Shown: positions 19,907 to 29,692, numbered from the stretch's first letter. The stretch: 63,064 bases of DNA from Candidatus Hermodarchaeum yapensis (GCA_016840405.1 JAEOSK010000014.1:1-63064), one strand, 5' to 3'. Program-made: numbers and translations. The notes: generated by a model not told the origin, from the sequence alone.

Positions 19907-20761
19907 TCATTTGAATGAGGGAATGACATCTTGCGCAAAACTTTGTATTGATTCAATGAACTTCTCATTTCGTGGTAATGAAGTGAGGAAATACTTTGCA
20001 TCCGATTCTGTCGCCATTTCAACTTGCTTGATAGATTCCTCGGAATTATAGGCGCCCATCATCATAGGACCTTCCATAAAGGCAACCTTGTTTTGACGAT
20101 TGGCTTTCTTAGCTGCCATCATTACAATCTTTTTCCTCTCGCCATAAGGTTCGCTTTCTCCGAATTGAGGAATATAAACAATATCACCAAATTTTCCAGC
20201 TAGTCTGAGCATCCGATGTTTCCTTCCACCGAAGAGTAATGGAGGGTATGGCTGCTGAACAGTCTTAGGTTCCAAAACGGCTTTTTCAGCTTGATAAAAG
20301 TCCCCTTTGAATGACACTTCTTCTTGCGTCCATAAATCAATCATAAGTTTAAGCCCTTCTTCGGTTTTATCCACACGCACTTTCGGCTCATCCCATTCAC
20401 TATATCCATCGAATTCAACTTGGGACCATCCTGCCCCCACACCAAATACTGCTCTTCCACCCGATAACACATCCAGGGTTGACACCATCTTAGCCAAAAT
20501 ACTAGGAGGGCGGAATGGAATTGGTGTGACTAAAGTGCCTAGCTTGATTTGCTCGGTTTTTCCTGCAAGATAGGTTAAAGCAATCCACGTTTCTAAAGTC
20601 ACATTACTATCAGGACGATGCATCCATTCCGTTTGTCCCCACATGTAATGATCAGGCATTACTGCTCCATCGAAGCCCAGTTTATCAGCTTCAATCACGG
20701 CTTTTTCAATTAGCGTAAAATCATTAAACCAATTTCCAAGTCCTGCTAGATAAAATTTCAT
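19907..20761 (-). CDS. LLM-class flavin (probably F420)-dependent oxidoreductase
   Basis: GFD...PDH, LGTLVTP..FRPP..LAK..STLDVLSGGR..GVGAGW. Confidence 0.9.
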   Translation of the reverse strand: MKFYLAGLGNWFNDFTLIEKAVIEADKLGFDGAVMPDHYMWGQTEWMHRPDSNVTLETWIALTYLAGKTEQIKLGTLVTPIPFRPPSILAKMVSTLDVLSGGRAVFGVGAGWSQVEFDGYSEWDEPKVRVDKTEEGLKLMIDLWTQEEVSFKGDFYQAEKAVLEPKTVQQPYPPLLFGGRKHRMLRLAGKFGDIVYIPQFGESEPYGERKKIVMMAAKKANRQNKVAFMEGPMMMGAYNSEESIKQVEMATESDAKYFLTSLPRNEKFIESIQSFAQDVIPSFK

Positions 20762-20832
20762 GATTAAGCACCTTTTACGAATTAAGAGGTTGAGTTTTTA
20801 GAGTTGTCTCTTTTTTTAGTGAAGATCCAATA

Positions 20833-21384
20833 TTATGAAACAGAGTCCTTTCCTGCTTTGTGGGCTTTACTCAAAATTTCTCGAGCATTTTTCACCGCAC
20901 CTCGACTTCCAAATCCAGGCGCCAAGATTGTTGCCAAATGTTCCATGTTCAAATAATCTAGCACATCCTCAAGCATGCCCAATGTGTGACGAGCATAACT
21001 TTCCGACCCACCACCCATGGGCATTGTTAGGATAACTCTTTTTCCACGGATATGCTCTCGTCCAATGCTGACCCATCGGTCTATGAACGCTTTGAACTGA
21101 GCACTCGGTCCCCACCAATAAATCGGTGTACCCAACACCCATACTTGACTAGCCTTCATTTGCGTAACTAGCTCAACCATATCGTCTTCTTGTACACAAC
21201 GATTGGTTTTCTCACACGCAAAACAACCTTTGCAAGGACGGACATCAAGCTCATCTAAGACATATTTAGAGACTGACGCCCCCGCTTCCTTTGCTCCTGC
21301 CAAGATTTCATCCACAAGAACCTCGGTATTCCCATTCCGACGAGGGCTCCCAACAATACCAATAACCTGTGTTGGCTTTGCCAT
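20833..21384 (-). CDS. Iron-sulfur flavoprotein / NADPH-dependent FMN reductase family
   Basis: GSPRRNGNT, CKGCFACEKTNRC, GTPIYW, KAFIDR; likely ATG 21384. Confidence 0.9.
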   Translation of the reverse strand: MAKPTQVIGIVGSPRRNGNTEVLVDEILAGAKEAGASVSKYVLDELDVRPCKGCFACEKTNRCVQEDDMVELVTQMKASQVWVLGTPIYWWGPSAQFKAFIDRWVSIGREHIRGKRVILTMPMGGGSESYARHTLGMLEDVLDYLNMEHLATILAPGFGSRGAVKNAREILSKAHKAGKDSVS

Positions 21385-21400
21385 TCTGTGCATTCTCCTT

Positions 21401-21844
21401 TTATTCAAAGACCATTTTACAACAGGGATCTCCATCCAATATACTGCCAACCCGTGTTGCCTGAATCTTTGGGTTGTAGGCTTTTATCAGTGCGAAATCC
21501 ACTTCGCAGTACAATCGACCAAGGTTCTCAACGCCTCGGTCCATCCAAGCCTCAGCATAACAGCAGTAGGTTGTACCTTCATCAGTATATTCCCACCCTG
21601 AAGAGGGTAAATCACTGAACTTGGCAAAATTCTCAATCGTTAATTCTAAACCTGCGTTCTCGACTTTCTCCCGTATCGTTGCTCCTCTCTCATTACCATA
21701 GCTGCGAATTGCTTCCAGAATAAGCCGTTTACCTTCTGCTTCGCCCAATTCATTGACCAAGGTTTTGGCAAAATGGTAGTAGAGTAGTCCGACTTGGTTG
21801 CCTACTTGGCGCACTTGTTTCGTGCAATCTTTTTCGGATATCAT
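21401..21844 (-). CDS. L-2-amino-thiazoline-4-carboxylate hydrolase-like (V4R-related) protein
   Basis: AIRSYGNERG, C.YAEAW, GRLYCEVD, ILDGDPCC; likely ATG 21844. Confidence 0.75.
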   Translation of the reverse strand: MISEKDCTKQVRQVGNQVGLLYYHFAKTLVNELGEAEGKRLILEAIRSYGNERGATIREKVENAGLELTIENFAKFSDLPSSGWEYTDEGTTYCCYAEAWMDRGVENLGRLYCEVDFALIKAYNPKIQATRVGSILDGDPCCKMVFE

Positions 21845-21950
21845 ATCGGTCACCTTATGTTCACCCTTTCTAACCTTGTTTGTTCTCATCTTGTATGTTT
21901 TGAGGGTATTCTTTTCTTTTGGATGTTAAAATTCTTCTTTTAAACGGAAA

Positions 21951-21993
21951 GCTTTATATCGTAGAACAAGACTATGTTCTCATTAATTGAGAA
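21951..21993. promoter_or_regulatory. TATA-like box followed by two overlapping palindromes (candidate operators)
   Basis: GCTTTATAT, then AGAACA-N6-TGTTCT (21963-21980) and TTCTCA-N5-TGAGAA (21977-21993), in a divergent intergenic region. Confidence 0.45.
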
Positions 21994-22191
21994 AATCAAG
22001 ACGATTCTTGTACCCGAATTAAACGCACGTGTCTGTCTTGTCCTCGCGGGGGAATCACAACCAACAAGACCTAGTCACATGTTGTGAACTCCTGTTGTGA
22101 GCCTCAATCGTGAGTCCGCCTTTAATACCAAACAGACCAAAGCTATCATCGGGAACACGAACGAACATACAGCAAACCATGGTAGATATGC

Positions 22192-23775
22192 ATGAGTCGC
22201 TTCAGTCGTATGCTCGGATTCAAAGATCCTTCACCTAATGTCACACGTCTTGCGTCAATTGTATTACTGCTAGGTTCAACTTGGTCCATAGCCTTTCAAA
22301 TCTCAACAACTTTTTGGATGATTTCAATTGCTACAGCTCTTGGCGGTGGCGATTACATTCTTGGTATGGGAATGGTCGGTTTCTTGGTAATCGTTCGTAT
22401 TGCTGTGCAGACATTGCTTGACTATCCGACAGGAGGAATTGGTGATTGGATTGGTCAACGATGGATCATGGCAGGCGCTTTAGTGTGTTATGCCTTAGCG
22501 TTCTGGTTAACATCAATGGCTACTGTTTCTACGCCTTTCATTATCTTCGTTATAATTTATGCATTAATGGGTCTTGGTGCATCGCAAGAGAGTGGTGCGA
22601 TGCCCGCGTGGTTTGACAACAACTATCGGGTGGCGATGCCCCAGGATAAAGACCGGAAACAGTATGGTGTGTTCTGGTCACGGGCAGGTATGATGTTTCA
22701 ACTTGTTTCAACGTTAATTCTCATTCCTGGAAGTATACTCGCCCTCATATTCAGTGAAGCTTGGGTCTTCCAAGTCCAGGCAATTATCTTCGTTGTCCTT
22801 GCTGTCTTGACTCTGGTATTTATCCGGGATTTTCCAGGAGTACGGAAAAAGGAGAGTGAACATGGAGGTTTCAGAGAATATGGGCGGTTACTTAAAGATG
22901 GTATCAAATTTGTGGGTTCTTCTCGTTTCGTCACGTTGACGATGATGGGTGAAATGCTCATGTGGGCTATAGGCATTGTTTGGTGGGAAATACTCCTCTT
23001 TCCTTTATACTTCGGGTATCTGCTGAGTAATGTCGCAGTAGCCACGTTCAGGACTTCAATGTTCGCACCGATGGTCGTCAGTCAGGAGCGGAGTGGCGTT
23101 ATTTCACAACGTTTCGAACCAAAGAAATGGATTCCTCGGTTCCGCTTCATTCAGTTTGGCAGTATGGCATTCTTCATGTTGCTAATGGCTATTACTGCGA
23201 TCTTTCCTCAACCAACAGCTGCAGCCGCGTTCATCACGGTATACATTCCATTTACTGCAGCTCCCTTCATGACCTTACCTTTAGCCTCCATAGTCCCAGT
23301 GATTCTCATCTGGGTACTATTCGTAGGGACTGATACTCTAGGACGTATTGCTGGGGTGCTAACCGGTCGGATTATGGTAGATGTTTACCCGAACCGGATT
23401 CGTAACTGTATGTATTCACTCCAGCCAACCATTGCAATGCTACTCTCGATTCCTTTCATCATCCTCTTAAGCCAGCTGTTAGCATTCCTTCCGTTTCTAA
23501 AATTCCCCATCGTCTTCACGATTGCAGCTGGGGTTGCCCTTGCAGGGGCCTTACTCATAAAGCAGGGCTTCAAACATCCGATTCCAAAAGATGAATCGAT
23601 TGAAGAAGTGATTGGAGAAGTCAGCGATGAAGTTCCCAAGATTCCTGAAGTCGAAGTACCCGAGATTCCAATTCCAGCTGAAATACCTGCTCGAAATGCT
23701 ACTGAGCTTCCAGCTGAGATTCCATCCGATGCCACATCAACACCTCACGAAGAATTTAAAGAGCCACTCAAATAA
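22192..23775 (+). CDS. MFS transporter with acidic Pro/Glu-rich C-terminal tail
   Basis: DYPTGGIGDWIGQR (motif A-like), about 12 TM segments, P(A)EIP repeats in the tail. Confidence 0.85.
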   Translation: MSRFSRMLGFKDPSPNVTRLASIVLLLGSTWSIAFQISTTFWMISIATALGGGDYILGMGMVGFLVIVRIAVQTLLDYPTGGIGDWIGQRWIMAGALVCYALAFWLTSMATVSTPFIIFVIIYALMGLGASQESGAMPAWFDNNYRVAMPQDKDRKQYGVFWSRAGMMFQLVSTLILIPGSILALIFSEAWVFQVQAIIFVVLAVLTLVFIRDFPGVRKKESEHGGFREYGRLLKDGIKFVGSSRFVTLTMMGEMLMWAIGIVWWEILLFPLYFGYLLSNVAVATFRTSMFAPMVVSQERSGVISQRFEPKKWIPRFRFIQFGSMAFFMLLMAITAIFPQPTAAAAFITVYIPFTAAPFMTLPLASIVPVILIWVLFVGTDTLGRIAGVLTGRIMVDVYPNRIRNCMYSLQPTIAMLLSIPFIILLSQLLAFLPFLKFPIVFTIAAGVALAGALLIKQGFKHPIPKDESIEEVIGEVSDEVPKIPEVEVPEIPIPAEIPARNATELPAEIPSDATSTPHEEFKEPLK

Positions 23776-23776
23776 T

Positions 23777-23820
23777 GGGATCACTTGTCCCCCGAGATTG
23801 ATCCCTCTTTAATTTTCTTC
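23777..23820 (+). terminator. Hairpin plus T-rich tract after the MFS gene
   Basis: GGGATCA...TGATCCC then CTCTTTAATTTTCTT. Confidence 0.45.
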
Positions 23821-24348
23821 TGCAATATTTGTGGAAGATTTTTTTGAGGTCCAAGGTGTTCGTCTGGGAATCCACCGTGGAACATTATTTTTGTACTGAC
23901 AGTATTCTTCTCCAAATCGACGCTCCAAATCAGGTTCCTCCTTTTTAATGAACCAGATGTGGTTCACTATTCCAAAGGAGGCTCACCATAATAAAATCAA
24001 GATTGACCCGAAGATAATTGCTTCACCTAGGAACACCAGTAGTCCGCCCAGAATCATCGGATTCCGCATATAACGATACAAACCTACAGCAACAAAGTGC
24101 TGAGTGGGTGCCTTTGGTGATAGAGTTCCTTTACCGACAGTAGTAAATGCACGAATGGTTTTGTACATCATAATAAGACCGATAATTAAGGGAGGAATTT
24201 CCAGTAGGAATGAGTTGAGTGTGAAGGGATAAAGGAACACCCAAGGTAAACCGGTCCACATTGAAAAGAATAGGAGTACAATTGGACCTACTAATAGCAC
24301 CATGAAAGGTAAGCTCATGATGGCTTGGAAGTGTTCCCGACGAGACAT
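23809..24348 (-). pseudogene. ICMT/PEMT-family methyltransferase interrupted by an in-frame TGA (pseudogene or readthrough)
   Basis: GKGTLSP and GLYRYMRNPM; TGA at 23983-23985; the same frame continues ASFGIVNHIWFIKKEEPDLERRFGEEYCQYKNNVPRWIP to TAA at 23809. Confidence 0.8.
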
Positions 24349-24425
24349 GGATGCATACCGATAACCTTCTTCAGATTTCAACACTTAAAAGACTTCGACT
24401 CCAAGAAGGCTTCGAGGTGAGATAA

Positions 24426-24932
24426 GTGTCAAAACTTGACGCTAAGGATTTCAATAGTCAATTTGCATTTGGGCTAGCCAGACAATATCAAGGGATGTGG
24501 ACCATGCTCCGCCAAGGCATCAAGAAAATCCCAAACGAACAGTGGAATTTTGGAAAGGACAAATGGTTTTACTCTCTTCGCGTCTATCATATTATCGAAA
24601 CCGTTGAATTCTATGCTCGGGATACACACATGGGAATGGAATGGGGTAAACGCTTAGGAAAAGTGAACTGGTGGGAGGAAATCAGTCACGAAGCGGCCGC
24701 TTTGTTGATCACGAAAAAGGATGCCTTGAAATATATCACTGAATTGGAAAAAAAGACCAACAAGCTGTTCAAGGCTTACTCTGATGAGGATCTTTTGAAA
24801 CAAGATGGGTTCCATTGGTTTTTCTCAATCTTTGAAAAATTTCTCTACTGTCTTCGACACAGCGTTTTCCACATTGGTGAATTAGCCTTTGCTCTGCATG
24901 GACTTGAGTGTGAGCGAATCGAATGGTCCTAA
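24426..24932 (+). CDS. DinB/YfiT-like four-helix protein
   Basis: YHIIET...Y and LRHSVFHIGEL, ending in W. Confidence 0.7.
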   Translation: MSKLDAKDFNSQFAFGLARQYQGMWTMLRQGIKKIPNEQWNFGKDKWFYSLRVYHIIETVEFYARDTHMGMEWGKRLGKVNWWEEISHEAAALLITKKDALKYITELEKKTNKLFKAYSDEDLLKQDGFHWFFSIFEKFLYCLRHSVFHIGELAFALHGLECERIEWS

Positions 24933-24964
24933 GGTGGAAAATTTTCAATACGGATTGGATGTTC

Positions 24965-25765
24965 ATGGATGAATATTATGAGTCGAATAAACGCCGGTGG
25001 AATGAGCTTGTAGCAATTCACGCTAAATCCGCGGAATACGACTTGGACGGTTTCTTGGCAGGGAAATCTAGCCTGCACCAAGTTGAGTTAGATGCACTCG
25101 GTGATGTTTCGGGGAAAAGTCTCCTTCACCTGCAATGTCACTTCGGACTCGATACCATCAGCTGGTCTCAACTGGGCGCGAAGGCAACTGGTGTGGACTT
25201 TAGTGTAACAGGAATCGAGTTCGCTCAAGAGCTCGCGAAACGAATGGGCACAGACACCCGCTTCATCTGCAGTAACATATACGACCTTCCACAAGTCCTT
25301 GATGAACAATTCGATATTGTATTCACGAGCTTTGGAGTCCTCTGTTGGCTTGGCGACATCGAAGCTTGGGGTCGAATCATCGCTAACTACCTGAAACCGG
25401 GAGGACTCTTTCTGATTGTCGAGGGACATCCAATACTTTGGGTGTTTGATGACGAGCATCCCACCGATTTGAAAATTAAGTACAGCTATTGGCATACCAA
25501 GGAACCCATGCGGTGGGATACCGATGGGACCTATGTTGAAACCAAGATTAAACTGAAACACACAGTAACTTATGAATGGCAGCACACCATCAGCGATGTG
25601 CTGAACTCGTTAATAGCATCGGGGCTCATAATACTTGAAGTCAAGGAATATCCCTTCATCCCTTGGAAACCGTATCCGATAGCGAAAAAAGATGAAACGG
25701 GTAACTGGCGACTGGACGGTGACCCAATACCTCTTTGTTGGAGCGTTAAAGCGAGCAAGCCCTAA
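24965..25765 (+). CDS. Class I SAM-dependent methyltransferase
   Basis: LLHLQCHFGLD, GVDFS, FDIVFTSFG, LKPGG. Confidence 0.9.
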   Translation: MDEYYESNKRRWNELVAIHAKSAEYDLDGFLAGKSSLHQVELDALGDVSGKSLLHLQCHFGLDTISWSQLGAKATGVDFSVTGIEFAQELAKRMGTDTRFICSNIYDLPQVLDEQFDIVFTSFGVLCWLGDIEAWGRIIANYLKPGGLFLIVEGHPILWVFDDEHPTDLKIKYSYWHTKEPMRWDTDGTYVETKIKLKHTVTYEWQHTISDVLNSLIASGLIILEVKEYPFIPWKPYPIAKKDETGNWRLDGDPIPLCWSVKASKP

Positions 25766-25771
25766 AGGATG

Positions 25772-26461
25772 TTATTCAGGCATTTCCTTCTGAGCGCTAG
25801 CAATCCATTTACGAACCTTATCCTTTGAAATCGCGTACCCTTGTGGAACTTGAACACGTCCAAATTTCTCTGCCGTGGATACCTTGTTGTAAAGATCATC
25901 GGGATCAGCAACAGCCAGTTCTTCGATGCTGGTTATGTTAGCTCCCAAGACTATGCATTCGGCATCTTCGTTAGAAACATCGTCAAGCCAGGTCAATCGG
26001 GCCATGGCAATCCATTTCTGGGCTTGAAGTTGGTTCACGCCGGTGAGTTTCATGACATTCTCAGGTGTGGTCAGTGCCAAGTCTTCGACCCATTCAATGC
26101 TGCCTTCTCGGAGTTTATCTCCATAGGCTTTACCGATGCCCTCAACAGTTTCAATAGGAAGTTGCTCTTCTCCTGGATGGGGTAACAAGACCTCCGGTAC
26201 AAACTCTTCTGGACCTTCAACAGGCGTAGTGGTTTTCGTTTCCGATTTTTCTTTGGTTGGTTCTGGTCCATAGTCTGCTTCGTCACCTCTACCGTATTTG
26301 AAATAGAACACTCCTATGATAATTAGGATCATGCCAATGACAAGAATTGCATTTCCAACTCCAATGAATCCAGGCAACCACCAGAGTGAAGTTCCAGTAG
26401 AAATTAATATGAATCCAAGGACAAGCAGAACGATTCCAAATTCGGATGTTCTTTTTGACAT
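25772..26461 (-). CDS. Membrane-anchored DUF4332 (helix-hairpin-helix) protein
   Basis: Two N-terminal TM helices, acidic linker, VEGIGKAYGDKL, ITSIEELA, VRKWI. Confidence 0.7.
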   Translation of the reverse strand: MSKRTSEFGIVLLVLGFILISTGTSLWWLPGFIGVGNAILVIGMILIIIGVFYFKYGRGDEADYGPEPTKEKSETKTTTPVEGPEEFVPEVLLPHPGEEQLPIETVEGIGKAYGDKLREGSIEWVEDLALTTPENVMKLTGVNQLQAQKWIAMARLTWLDDVSNEDAECIVLGANITSIEELAVADPDDLYNKVSTAEKFGRVQVPQGYAISKDKVRKWIASAQKEMPE

Positions 26462-26611
26462 AGTTCCTTCCTCTTAGTAGCTATTTGGTCATTTCTAGTA
26501 TCGGTCTATAAATACAATAGGATTTCCAGCCCTTGAAGCCCCTTTTCCGCACCAACCGGTTTCCATATGAATTTAAGTCATAACTTTCGATCTGAATATC
26601 GGTGAACCTTT

Positions 26612-27712
26612 TTGCCACGAATCACCCCTCAATTCCGGTATTTTTTACCACTCTTCGTTATTTGCGGGTTACTCTTTTCAGTTGCGGCTGGATTACCCTC
26701 CATGGCGTACGCAGATTCTAACATGATTGTGGACACACTCATTGCTGATTCTTGTACAATATTCACTATGTCAATGGGTGACACGGTCTTGTTTGGTAAT
26801 AGTGAAGACTATCGTCTCTGGGGGGTCTACGCTTGGTTCATGCCTTCACAGGACATCTATACGCCACAAGGCACACAAACAACTTATGGAGCGGTATTTT
26901 TCGGGTTCGATGAAAATGATAACGAAGCAGATGGATGGCCTCAGGGGGGGATGAATGACCAAGGTCTCTGTCTTGATGCAAACGGACTTTCCCATTATTC
27001 TCTCAATATACATCTTGAACGCGATGCACCTTATGCTCACTATTTTGCAGAAATTCTGTGGGAATGCAGCACAATTGACGAGGTCATTGACTGGTATCTC
27101 ACACATAGGATTGGTTATGAAATGAATTATCAAGTTCATTTTGCCGATGCGTCAGGTGATGCATTGGTTGTGAGTGCAGGTCTGGATGATGAATTAGCCT
27201 TTACTCTTATCGGAACTGAGAGTTGCTTAGTGTCAACAAATATCAATGTCGCAGACACTTCACGAGATGTTTACGATTGCTGGCGATATAGCACAACCAT
27301 GAGTATGTTGACGGCCATCTCTTCTGAAGACGAATTAACCGTTGAAGTCTGTCGCGATATACTCAATGCAGTCCACCAAGATGGGGAATATGCCACCAAA
27401 TACAGCAATGTCTTCGATTTAGTGAACTGCGAAATTTACCTTTGGTATAACCGTAATTTCAATCAAGTCGCATTCATGAACCTTGATAATGAACTAGCAA
27501 TGGTTCAACCTGGGGCACCTGACTATTATGAAGCATTTGGCCTTTTTGGAGCGAATGCTGATGAAGGGAATCTTCGGTACCGGAGAATTGCCTTGCCTGC
27601 ACTATTTGCACCTTCAGCACCTTTGCAATTGATCCTTGTGGCTGCTGGTGTCATTATACTTGTAGTAGGAACAAGTGTTACAGTCATTGTTGTTAAAAAA
27701 CGACGAGTATAA
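26612..27712 (+). CDS. Secreted, membrane-anchored Ntn-hydrolase (C45/choloylglycine hydrolase-like)
   Basis: Signal peptide, CTIF nucleophile, FGNSED, GGMNDQGL, HFADASG, STN, C-terminal TM plus KKRR. Confidence 0.85.
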   Translation: MPRITPQFRYFLPLFVICGLLFSVAAGLPSMAYADSNMIVDTLIADSCTIFTMSMGDTVLFGNSEDYRLWGVYAWFMPSQDIYTPQGTQTTYGAVFFGFDENDNEADGWPQGGMNDQGLCLDANGLSHYSLNIHLERDAPYAHYFAEILWECSTIDEVIDWYLTHRIGYEMNYQVHFADASGDALVVSAGLDDELAFTLIGTESCLVSTNINVADTSRDVYDCWRYSTTMSMLTAISSEDELTVEVCRDILNAVHQDGEYATKYSNVFDLVNCEIYLWYNRNFNQVAFMNLDNELAMVQPGAPDYYEAFGLFGANADEGNLRYRRIALPALFAPSAPLQLILVAAGVIILVVGTSVTVIVVKKRRV

Positions 27713-27721
27713 TTAATTCAA

Positions 27722-28432
27722 TTAGTACTCAATTTCTTTGGGTAGTTTCTTTGCAGTATTAATACTGCTTTCGATTTCCTTCGGAAGGGGGGCTATGCCT
27801 TCAAACCCGGTTTCCTCAACAAACTCTCTCATCGCAACCAATAGGGTATCCGGGTTCTGTTCAGCCATTTTTTCAACAGTATCAATCCCCGCGTTATAAT
27901 ACAAGCGAGCGCGAATTCCCTTCACACCGGGTAACCGAGCTAAATCAGATAATTTCACCAATTCCAAAATGATCTCTTCAGGAATATCTGTCTTTATCGA
28001 CAGTTCTCGTCGTTGATCTGGAGTACGACCTCGCGTTCGCATTTGATTGACATCATGAATTCCTAAAGCCTCCAATTTCTCCACATAGGTAGTGTTAATT
28101 CCTAGAAAATTACGGAGTTTGAAGGATTTCCGAGTCATCGCAGTTCGCTCTTCTCTCAACTCCGATACTTGCATTACCATTGGCTTGTTGTTGATGAATC
28201 GATAATAGTACCGAATTGCCCACAGCTGCCCTTTCGCAGATTTCTCTTCTTCCCGCTCAAACCAATCCACATACGTTACTAAATCGTCAGGAGTTGCTTG
28301 TTCAATAACTTTGCCTTCTGCAAACTTATCTAGATAAGCTTCGTAGAAGCGGACGATTTTCACAACATTATCTATGGTATGTGGTGTGCGTCCACCCCGT
28401 TTGAGAAACTGGCGAAATCCATCTTCATCCAT
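27722..28432 (-). CDS. DUF4332 HhH protein with N-terminal integrase core-binding(SAM)-like domain
   Basis: N-terminal FRQFLK...TIDN...AIRYYYRF; C-terminal SDLARLPGVK..RARLYYNAGIDTVE. Confidence 0.65.
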   Translation of the reverse strand: MDEDGFRQFLKRGGRTPHTIDNVVKIVRFYEAYLDKFAEGKVIEQATPDDLVTYVDWFEREEEKSAKGQLWAIRYYYRFINNKPMVMQVSELREERTAMTRKSFKLRNFLGINTTYVEKLEALGIHDVNQMRTRGRTPDQRRELSIKTDIPEEIILELVKLSDLARLPGVKGIRARLYYNAGIDTVEKMAEQNPDTLLVAMREFVEETGFEGIAPLPKEIESSINTAKKLPKEIEY

Positions 28433-28587
28433 ACCCGAAACACCATCCAGAATACATCTATTTGCAGAGGATTCTTTTATTTGTTAACGCAAAAATTGAA
28501 GCCTTTAGTTACTCCTCCCTCTCCTTTTGAGAAGATGGTTGTTGGTGTGGGAGATTTTTAAAGCGGTGTGGCTGGAGGTTATTTATT

Positions 28588-28947
28588 ATGTCGTTTTCTA
28601 CAAAGCGATTTCAACTAGTAATGGAGGTCGGAGGGTGTGACCGTGACCGATTAGTGAGTCATAGCTTTGTGGAAGCATTGATCCTGAAGGTTGCAGCGTT
28701 AAGTGGGATGGAAGTGTTGCACGGACCCGTCATTGTAGAGGGTCGACCACATAATCCCGGGTTAACAGGATTTGCTGTGATTGATTATTCCCATATTGCC
28801 GTGCACACTTTTCCCAATTCAAATGACCTATTCTTGGACCTGTGTTCTTGTAAAGTGTTTGATGTTGAAGTCATTGAAGATTACGTTCAACGAAGTTTGA
28901 ACGTCGATAAATCTATGATAACAAGTACTAAACTGAACCTTGAGTAA
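28588..28947 (+). CDS. speD: S-adenosylmethionine decarboxylase-family pyruvoyl proenzyme (short type)
   Basis: GLTG..VI..SHIAVHTFP and LDLCSCK.FD. Confidence 0.75.
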   Translation: MSFSTKRFQLVMEVGGCDRDRLVSHSFVEALILKVAALSGMEVLHGPVIVEGRPHNPGLTGFAVIDYSHIAVHTFPNSNDLFLDLCSCKVFDVEVIEDYVQRSLNVDKSMITSTKLNLE

Positions 28948-28964
28948 GTGACTTCAGCTAAAGT

Positions 28965-29615
28965 CTATCTCTTATCGTTATACTTGGCATCCGCGGCTTT
29001 ATTCGTCATAACGCTGCGTAGAAGAATATTCGAGATTTCTGCCCACGCTTTCCCTGTTTCTGCCTGGTCTATCCCAAACAATTCATAACCCTGTAACCCA
29101 TCCTGCAATGCAATTAGTCCCATAGCTAGATGGTGTGTATTGACCTCTGGACGAATCACACCCTTCTCCTTTTGATCTTCAAAATATTTGGTTAATCCCG
29201 TTAAGGCCTCATCATACATTGTATGCAGCGAGTTGGCGAGTGACGGGTTCCGTGACGCTTCGGACGTGATTTCAAACATAAGGCTGGTCGGCCAGGTTGG
29301 TTCAGAGAAGAACAGGGGCATACTCCACAGCTTATCATAGAAAGTGTTCGATGTGATGTCTAAGAGGTTCCCCGATTCTAAGAGCTCAGCGATGGGTTCT
29401 TCTCGGACCTTCTCTAGAGGAATCTGAACGACTGCTTTGAAGAGATCCTCTTTGCTTTTGAAATATTGGTAAATCGTTCCCTTACTGACACCTAGCTTTT
29501 TCGCGATATCAGTCATCTTCGATTGGTGAAATCCCTTCTCTGCAAAGACCTTAATCGCTGCATCCACGATTCGCTTCTTAGCCCGAATTTTATAATCTTG
29601 AAGTACGCGGGGCAT
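28965..29615 (-). CDS. TetR/AcrR family regulator
   Basis: FAEKGF....[24 protein letters not shown]. Confidence 0.93.
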   Translation of the reverse strand: MPRVLQDYKIRAKKRIVDAAIKVFAEKGFHQSKMTDIAKKLGVSKGTIYQYFKSKEDLFKAVVQIPLEKVREEPIAELLESGNLLDITSNTFYDKLWSMPLFFSEPTWPTSLMFEITSEASRNPSLANSLHTMYDEALTGLTKYFEDQKEKGVIRPEVNTHHLAMGLIALQDGLQGYELFGIDQAETGKAWAEISNILLRSVMTNKAADAKYNDKR

Positions 29616-29664
29616 TAATCTCACCGGATATCGTGCCTAACTGAACAACAAGTATAAAAAAGTA

Positions 29665-29692
29665 ACTGACCAGTCAGTCAAAAAACTGACCA
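29665..29692. promoter_or_regulatory. Candidate TetR operator(s) in the divergent promoter
   Basis: Perfect ACTGAC-CA-GTCAGT (29665-29678) plus a second ACTGACCA (29685-29692), between two TATA-like boxes. Confidence 0.7.

Noticed and set aside
23777-23805. Hairpin as a SECIS for the in-frame TGA
   Set aside because: Lacks the archaeal GAA/A and eukaryotic AUGA/GA motifs; position fits a terminator of the convergent MFS gene
27722-28432. Phage integrase or mobile element
   Set aside because: No R-H-R-Y catalytic domain or att-like repeats
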